This document shows positions 30,601-39,036 of a DNA stretch of 64,000 nucleotides, in pieces. The notes under the pieces are model-generated. The model saw only the letters and a list, made by a program, of their open reading frames with translations, was not told the DNA's origin and did not search any database. This stretch comes from Sebaldella sp. (GTDB taxonomy: Bacteria; Fusobacteriota; Fusobacteriia; Fusobacteriales; Leptotrichiaceae). The stretch covers positions 7,303 through 71,302 of the forward strand of contig JAGOZX010000003.1 in NCBI GenBank assembly GCA_018058425.1, written 5' to 3'. How positions within the stretch are numbered: position 1 is the first letter of the stretch; the number at the start of each line of letters is the position of its first letter. Both the position numbers and the translations under genes were made by a program.

Positions 30601-33600
30601 ACGCTTTTTATGTAAAAAGTGGTCAAACATTAGGAAATTACTTAAATAATTCGTTTGTAGGAAGTGGTAAATTAGACCTTACAATGGAGTTAGGATCAAA
30701 GCTATATATATTAGAAGGAAAAGGAAGTACAATAAATCTAACAACAATAGATAGCATGGTAGCACCAGGATCAGCTCTAGCTAATAATGTTCAGATAAAC
30801 GCAGCTAGTTCAAATGACTATATACCAGTATCAATGGATAAAGGTACATTAGTCTTAGATAGAAATATAAGTATGGACAGTAGTTCAGACTTGTATAAAA
30901 GATCAGAGTTTTCATCAGTATCAGTAAAAGTAAATAATGGTATAACAATATCAGGAACACAAAATGATCAAGTAGGAATAGCTCAAAAGAATTATGCAGG
31001 ATCAACAGGAATAAATGAAATAACAGTAACAAATGATGGGGCTATCGACTTAAGTGGAAATGATACAATAGGAATAGCAGCTGATTATGGTCATATAGTA
31101 AATAATAATAAGATTCAAGTAACAGGAAACAGCTCAGTAGGAATAGTAACAGCAAATGGAACACAAACAGAAAATAACGGAGAAATAGTAATAGGAGGAA
31201 CAAATACAGCAGGAATTTACGGAGTAAACTATTTGGATGGAACATCTTCATCATCAGTATTAGGATATGGAAATGATGAAATAAATATATCAAATAATGG
31301 AAAGATAACTTCAACAGGTTCTGATAAAGTGTATGGTATCTATTCAAATAATATAGCAGGAGCAACAGCAGGAATAGTATTAGGAAATGGATCAAACATA
31401 GATGTAAGTATATCAAATGGAGGAGTAGGAATCTATGCTAATAATACAACTGTAACAGGTGGAGGAATATTAACAGTAGGAACAAATGGATTAGGGATGT
31501 ATGCAAAAGATAGTAATGTAAATCTAACTAACCTAACTATGAACTTAAAAGGAAATGATATATTAGGATTCTACTTAGATGGGACAACAAACTTTGCAGG
31601 AACAGGAAATGTAAATGTAGATGGACAAAATATAGCCCTATTTAATATAAAATCAAATGGAAGTTTCACAAATAACTTTAATGTAACATCAACAGCAGGA
31701 TCATCATATACAGTAGGAAATGTAAATAATGGAACTTTCTACTATAACGGAACTGCAAACTTAGGAGGAAATGGAAGTTTACTAAGTGGTAAGAACACGG
31801 CGGTACTATTAGATACAGTATCAAATGTAAGTTCAAGTGAAGCAAGTGTAGTAGGAGTATCATTAAATGGTCAGTATAATGGAGTATTACCAGCAGGATT
31901 TACTGTAGGAATAGATGGAGAAAATAGAGGGAACATAGCATTAGGAGATAGTTCGGCAGGATTATACGGTCAGGCTGGAACAAGACTAAGTAATACAGGA
32001 AATATTTCAGTGGGAAATAGCTCAATAGGAATGTATACAAAAGATGCAGGATCATTTGCAACAAATAATGGAAAAATATCATTAGGGGAAGGATCGCAAG
32101 GGATCTATACAAATGAAAGTACAAATGCAGATAACTTAGGAAGTGGGCATATAACAAGTACAGCTAAAAATGCAACAGGGATTTACGCTGAAAGTACAAA
32201 TGCAATGTCTGTAGGGAATGCAGGAGTAATAGATTTACAAGGAGATAAATCAATAGGAATCTATACAAAAGGAACAGAAATAAAAACAATAAATAATGCA
32301 GGAACAGTAAATATAGGAGCATCATCAAAAGCTAGTGAACCAGGAATAGGAATTTACAGTGAAAATGCAGGAGATAGTATAACAAATACAGGAACAATAA
32401 CAGCAGGAGTAAATTCAGTAGGAGTATACAGCAAAAGTGGAATAATAAATCAAAATGGGACAATATCAGCAGGAGATAGCGGGACTGGGATTTACTCTGA
32501 TGGAGGAACAGTAAACTTAAATACAGGTTCATCATTAAACACAGGAAGTAATTCAGCAGTGGGAGTATACGCCTTAAATGGAGCAAATGTATTAAATAAT
32601 GGAACAACTACAATAGGAGATAACAGTTTTGCCTATGGATTAAAAACAGGTTCAAACCTAACTAATAATTCAGAAATAATATTAGGAAACAGCGGAGTAT
32701 TTGTATATGGTGATGGAGCAGGAAACATAGTAAATAATACAACAGGGACTATAGCAATGACAGGATCAAACAATGTAGGTTTCTATACAACAAATGGTGG
32801 AAATGTAGATAATAAAGGAAGTATAACAGGGACATCAGGAAAAGCAAACATAGGGATTTACAATAATGGTGGAATTATAAATAATACTGGAAATATATCA
32901 GTAGGAGATTCAATAATAATAGATCCATTAGATTCAACTAAAAATAGCTATGCAGTGGGAATCTATGGAGAAAACTCAAGTATAGAAAATCATGGAGATA
33001 TATCAGTAGGATATTATGGAGTAGGATTATACAGTAAGAGTGGAACAACACCAACAGTAAACTATGGGAAAATATCAAGTGATTCTGAGGGTGCAATAGG
33101 ACTGTTTATTGAAAATGGTAAATTGGAAAACTATGGAGAAGTTACATTAAGTGGAAATAGTTCAATGGGAATTTATGCAAATAAAGGAGTAGAAATAATA
33201 AACCATGGAGTAATCACAACAAACGGAGATAGCTCAGTAGGAATAAGTTTAAATATATTATCAACAGTAGATAATCAAGGAACAATAAATGTAAATGGAA
33301 ATAATAGTCAGGGAATCTTGATGAAGGGTGGTTCAACACTGATAAATGGTACAGGAGGAGTAATAAATGTATCAGGAGGAGTGACTGGATCATCATCTGT
33401 ATCATATGGAGGAACAAGTTATCCAATTCCAAGTATAATAAATGCAGGAATAATAAATGTATCAGAAAACTTTGAAGCCAAAGGAATAGATATATCAATA
33501 AAAGTAGACCCAATTACAGTAACAACAGCATCAGCAGTAGAAGATATGGGAGCAGCTTTTGTATCAAATGCAGTAAAGTTTTATGCACCATCATTTGAAA

Positions 33601-34907
33601 CGACAGATCCAATAAATGTATTAAGTGGCTTTGCAACAGGAACACATGCAGAAGTGTATAAATTAAAAGATGTATTTAATCCAATGACAGAAGATGAAGG
33701 TGGACCAAATACAGGATTAGTAAAAGTAGCAAGTAAGTCATTAATATGGTCAGCAACACCAGTATTAAATGCAAATGGAAATGTAGATATCTGGATGGAA
33801 AAAATACCTTATGATGATTTTACAAATGGTCTATGGTATGAAGATTTTGGGCGTGCATTAGATGGTAAATTTGCAGGGTCAACGGGAGATGCAGGAAAGA
33901 TATTTGATAAGATAGATACAATAGAAACAGAGTATGACTTAAGAAAAACAATGGGAAGTTTAGCAGGAAATGTATATGCTAATATGAACCAAAGAGAAGA
34001 AGATATAGCAGCAACATTTGAAAACTCGTTAAACTTAATGCAGAATTCAACAAATAATACAAAAGAGAATGTAAAGATAAATATAATAACAGGAAAAAGC
34101 GAAACAACTGAAGATACAGATGGAGTAGTAGGATATAATTCAGAAACAGTAGGAGTGTTAGCCCTAAGAGAAGTAGAGAGAACATATAAAAATACATTTG
34201 GATATTCATTAGGTTATACACATACAAACTTTGAATTTAAAGATGGAAATAGTAGTGAAGAGGATGTGGACACAATCCAATTAGGATTACATAATAAGTA
34301 TAGATCAAATGACTGGATATTACGAAATGACTTAACAGGAAGAGTAAGTATTCATAATATAGATAGAAACTTAGACTGGTCAAATGTAGGAAGATCAGAA
34401 ATGAATGGGACATATGAATCATATAGCATAACAAGTGATAATAATTTAGGGAAAGAGTTATCATTAGGAAAGAATGCAAGTATAACACCTTATGGTGGGA
34501 TAAGAGCAATGTATGTGACAAGACCATCATTTAATGAGAGTGGATTAGAGAGCTTAGAAGTAAAAGGAAATGATGCATGGAGTGTAAAACCAAAAGTGGG
34601 AATAGAGCTAAAGGCATCAACAAATGAAAGTAAGAATGGATGGAAGTTAAAAGGGGCTTTAGATGTTGCTTATGAATATGAGTTAGCAGATTTAAATGAA
34701 AGAGAATCAGCAAGATTAACAGCAGTAGAGAGTGACTATCATAAATTATCAAAACCGGAAGATGACAAAGGAGTAATAAGAACAAGAGCATCAATAGGAG
34801 TAGAAGTAGAAGATAGATATGGAATATTCTTAACAGGAGATTATTCAATAGGACAGCATAATCAAGATGATTATAGAGCAGGGATTACTTTAAAGGCAGT
34901 ATTTTAG
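27690..34907 (+). CDS. Giant type Va autotransporter/adhesin (fusobacterial type), 2405 aa
   Basis: Signal peptide; N-terminal LKDLYLQGDYIVKPEYLEWQVFF block; long N/G-rich repeats (N.G.I...S.GIY); beta-barrel ending ITLKAVF. Confidence 0.93.
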   Translation: MKKNKKLLMFLALNSLATSFASTTSQPEAKYDKLYNNMVKNIETGKSNEGNYKLIQDVLNKRNQELKDLYLQGDYIVKPEYLEWQVFFSGFYGENHRGDNTLENAKYYSMPKTADGDNKIDSATYNAIMNSGVSEATLQAVLSGNKDAYNNLTSEQKIAVAPLFGGRETDGKFKPYRAKDEAKVVDLGMSINIKGLDKVIGDIVTSNINVPIINTASVNFSDPDSLEINPIEIVGFNPSTPNITTINFKPIPVLSLNGTGGGNGGTTGFFPYGDNSGPNSIISQMDLTSGNITVKTAVNPNYYNQTDPGFYSYTLDNVIGNPAAGLTYSQISIYDPLTSTYTYETAYLPTGVYSDSISNNLQSVSAVQGVLKVIDNPITRLGVAGGNVNDLTITLEGDVPNASYLEQILHYDEHYNGTHYTLDGLETQGWITAAEKAELGAKFLDTTLGHTTANRDFQYVESNGTWNLKGSNVVAVNLQAHSGGQEANSIFTNRGNITGLNEASSTNNLIGKQVAFMFTEGGSTAKQEGFDNTGKIEMRAPQSVIYLMTNNAFSYNVSKSTYAYYGSSSVYETAATGKHFLMNSGDIKLYGNNNIGVYTNNAPHTITSESNYYNDIDNWNENMSDGNDLRRSEIRFYNPLTVLGDESIGVDIERTLNFADSKIKVDVGTEDPRQAEVSAIGVGGLENSGNVIGGDSRYTDSSAGIYINMTGNTETISKYIYNALDPSQNISTSTSGINNDQFTLNDYLLNVGSYSRGGAGLRVEEYGDVVLGTSTDAATTHEINLLAGGENNAGIYISGANTQVTTDGLVMNIDGKDQVGTQIENTGKFYHNNGTITVNGLGNTGIAVKSTGLGEINGTAALNVSANNLGVYNNGTLNMTGGAITANGLASVGAYSEASNITTNLSGGTVRAENGGIGLYSGKNSVMNLNQGLNLESGGKGLLFYNYDNTGALGQYNITGTVGAKVENGGNAFYVKSGQTLGNYLNNSFVGSGKLDLTMELGSKLYILEGKGSTINLTTIDSMVAPGSALANNVQINAASSNDYIPVSMDKGTLVLDRNISMDSSSDLYKRSEFSSVSVKVNNGITISGTQNDQVGIAQKNYAGSTGINEITVTNDGAIDLSGNDTIGIAADYGHIVNNNKIQVTGNSSVGIVTANGTQTENNGEIVIGGTNTAGIYGVNYLDGTSSSSVLGYGNDEINISNNGKITSTGSDKVYGIYSNNIAGATAGIVLGNGSNIDVSISNGGVGIYANNTTVTGGGILTVGTNGLGMYAKDSNVNLTNLTMNLKGNDILGFYLDGTTNFAGTGNVNVDGQNIALFNIKSNGSFTNNFNVTSTAGSSYTVGNVNNGTFYYNGTANLGGNGSLLSGKNTAVLLDTVSNVSSSEASVVGVSLNGQYNGVLPAGFTVGIDGENRGNIALGDSSAGLYGQAGTRLSNTGNISVGNSSIGMYTKDAGSFATNNGKISLGEGSQGIYTNESTNADNLGSGHITSTAKNATGIYAESTNAMSVGNAGVIDLQGDKSIGIYTKGTEIKTINNAGTVNIGASSKASEPGIGIYSENAGDSITNTGTITAGVNSVGVYSKSGIINQNGTISAGDSGTGIYSDGGTVNLNTGSSLNTGSNSAVGVYALNGANVLNNGTTTIGDNSFAYGLKTGSNLTNNSEIILGNSGVFVYGDGAGNIVNNTTGTIAMTGSNNVGFYTTNGGNVDNKGSITGTSGKANIGIYNNGGIINNTGNISVGDSIIIDPLDSTKNSYAVGIYGENSSIENHGDISVGYYGVGLYSKSGTTPTVNYGKISSDSEGAIGLFIENGKLENYGEVTLSGNSSMGIYANKGVEIINHGVITTNGDSSVGISLNILSTVDNQGTINVNGNNSQGILMKGGSTLINGTGGVINVSGGVTGSSSVSYGGTSYPIPSIINAGIINVSENFEAKGIDISIKVDPITVTTASAVEDMGAAFVSNAVKFYAPSFETTDPINVLSGFATGTHAEVYKLKDVFNPMTEDEGGPNTGLVKVASKSLIWSATPVLNANGNVDIWMEKIPYDDFTNGLWYEDFGRALDGKFAGSTGDAGKIFDKIDTIETEYDLRKTMGSLAGNVYANMNQREEDIAATFENSLNLMQNSTNNTKENVKINIITGKSETTEDTDGVVGYNSETVGVLALREVERTYKNTFGYSLGYTHTNFEFKDGNSSEEDVDTIQLGLHNKYRSNDWILRNDLTGRVSIHNIDRNLDWSNVGRSEMNGTYESYSITSDNNLGKELSLGKNASITPYGGIRAMYVTRPSFNESGLESLEVKGNDAWSVKPKVGIELKASTNESKNGWKLKGALDVAYEYELADLNERESARLTAVESDYHKLSKPEDDKGVIRTRASIGVEVEDRYGIFLTGDYSIGQHNQDDYRAGITLKAVF

Positions 34908-34960
34908 ATAGAATAATAGAAAAACTTTTTTCTTTATAGTTTAGGAGTGATCGTTGTTAT

Positions 34961-34994
34961 AGATCCTCACGTCGCTGCGCTTCTCAGGATGACA
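34961..34994 (+). repeat. REP-like element, copy 3
   Basis: AG ATCCT CACGTCGCTGCGCTTCTC AGGAT GACA; flanks TTGTTAT and AGA shared with copy 1. Confidence 0.85.
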
Positions 34995-35125
34995 AGAGTT
35001 AGGTTTTACTTATTACATAGTTTATTTATGACTGGTTTTCGTTTTGAGAGAAGGTTTTTGAGGTGGATTAGAGCGGTATTTGTGGGTTAAAAGAGAAATG
35101 GAATAAAAAAATTAAGGAGAAAAAA

Positions 35126-35332
35126 ATGAAAAAAATAATATTAACAGTATTAATGGTTCTAAGTGTAACGGCTTTAGCAGCTAAGAAACCTAAGGCAGAG
35201 CCGGTAATTCCAGATGTGCAAGTACAGATGGAAAAAGCAGATAAGATAGAAAGTTATAGATCTAAAAAGGATGTAGCTTGGCATAAGACAGAGTATAATA
35301 AAGTATTGAAATATTTAAATAAGAAGAAGTAA
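35126..35332 (+). CDS. Small secreted basic protein (68 aa)
   Basis: AAGGAG RBS; signal peptide ending ALA. Confidence 0.8.
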   Translation: MKKIILTVLMVLSVTALAAKKPKAEPVIPDVQVQMEKADKIESYRSKKDVAWHKTEYNKVLKYLNKKK

Positions 35333-35341
35333 GGAGAAAAA

Positions 35342-35629
35342 ATGAAAAAAATATTATTAGGAATAATAATGGGAAGTGCAATATTTGCAGCAGAAGATAT
35401 TACAAATGATGTAAAGGTTAGTAAGTCAACAGAAGATAGTATAACAAAGGATTTTGATCAAGATGGGAAAATGTCATCTTATGAAAAGAGTTTAAGAAAG
35501 GCTCAAGGGTCAATATATGTTGTATTACCAGAAAAAAGAGGTTATTGGTACACAATGTTAGATAGGATAAAGGCAGAGGAAGAAGAGTTAATGCCAGATG
35601 AAACAGCGAGAATGGGAAGAAAGAGATAG
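35342..35629 (+). CDS. Small secreted protein with EF-hand-like loop (95 aa)
   Basis: AAGGAG RBS; signal peptide; DFDQDGKMSSYE. Confidence 0.8.
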   Translation: MKKILLGIIMGSAIFAAEDITNDVKVSKSTEDSITKDFDQDGKMSSYEKSLRKAQGSIYVVLPEKRGYWYTMLDRIKAEEEELMPDETARMGRKR

Positions 35630-35637
35630 GAGATAGC

Positions 35638-35907
35638 ATGAAAATATTAAAAATAGTGTTGTTAGCAGGAACAGTAGTAGGAGTGATATCAAGTTCAGCT
35701 ACAACATATGAATATAGAAGAGAATTAAGAGAAGGTGCAAGAGGAAAATGGACAAATTTAAGACAGCATCTAAATAGTGGACAAAGATTAGATAAGGAAC
35801 TAGTAAAAGTAGATAAGCAGATAGATAAAAAAGTATCGGAGATACAGCAAATAGAAGATTTACTTTTAAAAATAGAACAGTTTAAAGTAGAAAATGGAAT
35901 TAGATAA
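35638..35907 (+). CDS. Small secreted coiled-coil protein (89 aa)
   Basis: AGGAG RBS; signal peptide; heptad-rich C-terminal helix. Confidence 0.8.
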   Translation: MKILKIVLLAGTVVGVISSSATTYEYRRELREGARGKWTNLRQHLNSGQRLDKELVKVDKQIDKKVSEIQQIEDLLLKIEQFKVENGIR

Positions 35908-35917
35908 GTAAGAAGTT

Positions 35918-35950
35918 AAGCTCCTTGTATTAAGTATGCAGGGAGTTTTT
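35918..35950 (+). terminator. Intrinsic terminator of the small-gene cluster
   Basis: AAGCTCCTTGTAT...ATGCAGGGAGTTTTT. Confidence 0.7.
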
Positions 35951-35985
35951 ATTATATGGTTTTGTTTTTATGAGAGGTTAGTTTG

Positions 35986-36018
35986 AGATCGTCACGTCGC
36001 AGGCTCCTCACGATGACA
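35986..36018 (+). repeat. REP-like element, copy 4
   Basis: AG ATCGT CACGTCGCAGGCTCCTC ACGAT GACA. Confidence 0.85.
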
Positions 36019-36060
36019 GATTGGAGGGCTATTCTTTAAAAGAAATGAAACTAACAATTT

Positions 36061-36094
36061 TGTCATTCTGAGAAGCGTAGCGACGTGAGAATCT
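36061..36094 (-). repeat. REP-like element, copy 5 (inverted)
   Basis: Reverse complement AG ATTCT CACGTCGCTACGCTTCTC AGAAT GACA. Confidence 0.85.
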
Positions 36095-36151
36095 GTGACG
36101 TTTAATGCAAGTAAACCTCTATATGAGTAATAAACAGGGGGATTTATAGAA

Positions 36152-36298
36152 AGAGGTTAAGCTCCTTGTATAAGTATAAAGTATACAGGAAGTTTTTATT
36201 ATATGGTTTTGTTTTTATGAAAGGTTAGTTAGAGATCGTCACGTCGCTATGCTCCTCATGATGACAGATTGGAGGGCTATTCTTTAAAAGGAAATGAA
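36152..36298 (+). repeat. ~145-bp direct repeat unit B (terminator + REP)
   Basis: Highly similar to 35911-36049. Confidence 0.9.
36233..36266 (+). repeat. REP-like element, copy 6
   Basis: AG ATCGT CACGTCGCTATGCTCCTC ATGAT GACA (one G-T pair). Confidence 0.85.
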
Positions 36299-36452
36299 TG
36301 GGGATTTTAATTAGTGAGGTTAGTGAAGTATGGAAAAATAGTACTTAATAATTATTGTATTTACGTCTTTTTGCAATAGTGGAATTTATCTTTTTAAAAA
36401 GTGTAATATATGGTATAATTTAGAAAAATATTTTGAAAGTGAAGAATATAAA

Positions 36453-37064
36453 ATGGCAAAAAAATATTATGCATATTACCTTGTAGATGGTGGTAAAATG
36501 GGGATTTCTGACTCTTGGGATGAGTGTTCGGAAATAGTTAAAGGAGTAAAGGCAAAATATAAATCCTTTAAATCCCAAAAAGAAGCACAGGAATGGTTAG
36601 ATTTAGGAGCAAATTACGAAATTAAAACTACAAATAAAAAGGAATTAGATAAAGAAGCAATATATTTTGATGCTGGAACAGGACGAGGAATAGGTGTAGA
36701 AGTAAGAGTTACAGATTATTCAGGGAATTCGCTGCTTCATAAAATATTATCAGAGGAAAAAATTTCTGAACATGGAAACTATGTACTAAAAACTGGAAGA
36801 ACTAATAACTTTGGAGAATTGGTAGGAGTATATGCAGCGTTAAGATATGCTTTAGCAAATGAAATTAAGAAAATTTATGGTGATAGTAAGCTGATCATAG
36901 ACTTTTGGTCAAAAGGCAGATATAATAAAGATAATCTTGAAAGTGATACTGTGGAATTAATAAAAAAAGTTACAGTTTTGAGAAAAGAATTTGAAAAGAG
37001 TAATGGTAAAATAGAATATATATCAGGAGATTATAACCCTGCTGACTTGGGTTTCCATAAATAA
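36453..37064 (+). CDS. rnhA: Ribonuclease HI with N-terminal viroplasmin-like hybrid-binding domain
   Basis: KYYAY...SWDEC...VKG..AKYKSF domain; acidic catalytic set YFDAG, TNNFGEL, YGDS, NPADL. Confidence 0.85.
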   Translation: MAKKYYAYYLVDGGKMGISDSWDECSEIVKGVKAKYKSFKSQKEAQEWLDLGANYEIKTTNKKELDKEAIYFDAGTGRGIGVEVRVTDYSGNSLLHKILSEEKISEHGNYVLKTGRTNNFGELVGVYAALRYALANEIKKIYGDSKLIIDFWSKGRYNKDNLESDTVELIKKVTVLRKEFEKSNGKIEYISGDYNPADLGFHK

Positions 37065-37156
37065 ATTTATAGAAACTTGAATTTATAACTAAAAATAGGT
37101 TATAATAAGAATGAAAATCATGTAAATAAATATATATAAAAATTTGGAGGAAATAT

Positions 37157-37570
37157 ATGAAAAAGTTATCAATATTTTTAATTTTGTTACTAGTATTATC
37201 ATGTTCATCAACAAATAAGAAAACAGCAAAAACAGATAAAACAGCAACAGCTACAGAAACAGTAGAGGCTAAACCAAAACTTACAGGTCCTATTAGAAGT
37301 GGTCAGTATTACCACTCAACTGGAGTTTTTGTTTATAAAAAAGATAGATTACTTATTAAAGATAAATTCATAAATTATAATCTTGTTGATGAAACTGGAT
37401 TAGTTGATGGAATTTATGAAAAATTAAAGTCACAATTTGATATTAAAGATTATGAGTATATTAATTTAGAGGTACAAGGAGAGATAAAAGGGGATACTTT
37501 CTATGTGAAGAGAGTCTTGAATTATAGAGCTCCAGAAGACAGATATGCTGAAGGCGCTATAGTAGAGTAA
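37157..37570 (+). CDS. Hypothetical lipoprotein
   Basis: GGAGG RBS; lipobox VLSC; Thr/Lys linker. Confidence 0.8.
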   Translation: MKKLSIFLILLLVLSCSSTNKKTAKTDKTATATETVEAKPKLTGPIRSGQYYHSTGVFVYKKDRLLIKDKFINYNLVDETGLVDGIYEKLKSQFDIKDYEYINLEVQGEIKGDTFYVKRVLNYRAPEDRYAEGAIVE

Positions 37571-37579
37571 ACACAAGTT

Positions 37580-37610
37580 AAAATCCCTTGTTTGTTATAA
37601 AGGGATTTTT
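37580..37610 (+). terminator. Intrinsic terminator
   Basis: AAAATCCCTT...AAGGGATTTTT. Confidence 0.75.
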
Positions 37611-37688
37611 ATTTTTAAAGTAAAAAAATATTTGATATTTTATAAAAATATAGTATGATATCATATTAGAATAATTTTTACTGAAAGG

Positions 37689-39023
37689 ATGGATTTTGAT
37701 TTGAGAAAAAAAGCAGCAATAATAACCTATGGTTGTCAAATGAACGTAAATGAAAGTGCAAAAATGAAGAAAATGATTCAGGCAATAGGCTATGAAATTG
37801 TTGATGACATAAATGTTTCAGACTTAGTACTATTAAATACCTGCACAGTGAGAGAAGGTGCAGCAATAAAGGTCTATGGAAAATTGGGACAGCTAAAAGT
37901 AATTAAAGAGAAAAAAAATGGTAATATGATAATAGGAGTTACTGGATGTTTAGCACAAGAAGTAAGGGATGAGTTCATAAAGAAGACTCCATTTGTAGAT
38001 CTAGTAATTGGTAATCAAAATATAGCAAAGTTACCAGATATTATCGAAAAGATACAAGAGGGGAAAGTAGAGCATGTAGTGATGGTGGAAGATGAAGATG
38101 AGCTTCCAAAAAGAGTAGATGCTGATTTTGGAGATGATGCTATAGCGTCAATTTCAATTACTTATGGATGTAATAATTACTGTACATTTTGTATAGTTCC
38201 ATATGTTAGAGGTATGGAAAGATCTGTTCCTATGAGAGAAATCTTAGAGGATGTAGAGCAATATGCTAAAAAAGGATATAAAGAGATTTTATTTTTAGGA
38301 CAAAATGTAAATTCATATGGAAGCGATAGAATTGAAATGAATGAGGATTTTGCAAAATTACTAAGAGAATCTGCTAAAATAGAAGGGGATTTTTGGATAA
38401 AGTATATTTCTCCACACCCTAAAGACTTTACTGATGAAGTTATAAAAGTAATAGCGGATAATCCAAAGATATCTAGAATGCTTCATCTTCCGTTACAAGC
38501 TGGATCAACAAGAATATTAGAAGCTATGAATAGAGGGTATACAAAAGAAGAGTTTATAGCTCTTGCTAAAAAAATAAAAAAAGAAATACCAGATATTGGA
38601 ATAACAACTGATATTATAGTTGGATTTCCTGGAGAAACAGATGAGGACTTTCGAGATACTTTAGATGTGGTAAGAGAAATAAATTTTGAGAATGCTTATA
38701 TGTTTTCGTATTCTAAAAGAACAGGTACTCCTGCTGCAACATTGGAAGAGCAAATACCAGAACAAGTAAAAAAAGAAAGATTACAGCAATTAATAAGACT
38801 TCAAAATGCTAATGCAAAAGAAGAAAGTAAAAAGTATTTAGGGCAAACATTAAAAGTCTTAGTAGAAGGACCAAGTGTTAAAAATCCTGATATGACAACA
38901 GGAAGATCATCATCACATAAAGTAGTATTATTTAAAAGTGATGGAAATTTAAATGGAAAATTTGTAAATGTTAAAATATATGAAACAAAAACATGGACTC
39001 TATATGGAGAAATAGTAGAGTAG
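37689..39023 (+). CDS. miaB: tRNA methylthiotransferase MiaB
   Basis: TYGCQMN, NTCTVR, GCLAQ, radical SAM CNNYCTFC, IVGFPGET, TRAM domain. Confidence 0.95.
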   Translation: MDFDLRKKAAIITYGCQMNVNESAKMKKMIQAIGYEIVDDINVSDLVLLNTCTVREGAAIKVYGKLGQLKVIKEKKNGNMIIGVTGCLAQEVRDEFIKKTPFVDLVIGNQNIAKLPDIIEKIQEGKVEHVVMVEDEDELPKRVDADFGDDAIASISITYGCNNYCTFCIVPYVRGMERSVPMREILEDVEQYAKKGYKEILFLGQNVNSYGSDRIEMNEDFAKLLRESAKIEGDFWIKYISPHPKDFTDEVIKVIADNPKISRMLHLPLQAGSTRILEAMNRGYTKEEFIALAKKIKKEIPDIGITTDIIVGFPGETDEDFRDTLDVVREINFENAYMFSYSKRTGTPAATLEEQIPEQVKKERLQQLIRLQNANAKEESKKYLGQTLKVLVEGPSVKNPDMTTGRSSSHKVVLFKSDGNLNGKFVNVKIYETKTWTLYGEIVE

Positions 39024-39036
39024 GGAGGGTTTAAAA

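Larger units (their letters stand above)
35911..36049 (+). repeat. ~140-bp direct repeat unit A (terminator + REP)
   Basis: Highly similar to 36152-36298. Confidence 0.9.

Noticed and set aside
30000..33400. Autotransporter passenger repeats as a DGR target or exact tandem DNA repeat
   Set aside because: Repeats are degenerate at the protein level; no template/variable repeat pair or reverse transcriptase is seen.
29597..34848. Many minus-strand Leu/Phe/Tyr-rich ORFs
   Set aside because: Antisense shadows of the A-rich autotransporter coding strand; no protein-like signal.
35986..36266. REP cluster as a CRISPR array
   Set aside because: Alternating orientation, irregular 42-138 bp spacing, duplicated linkers, dispersed copies and no cas genes.
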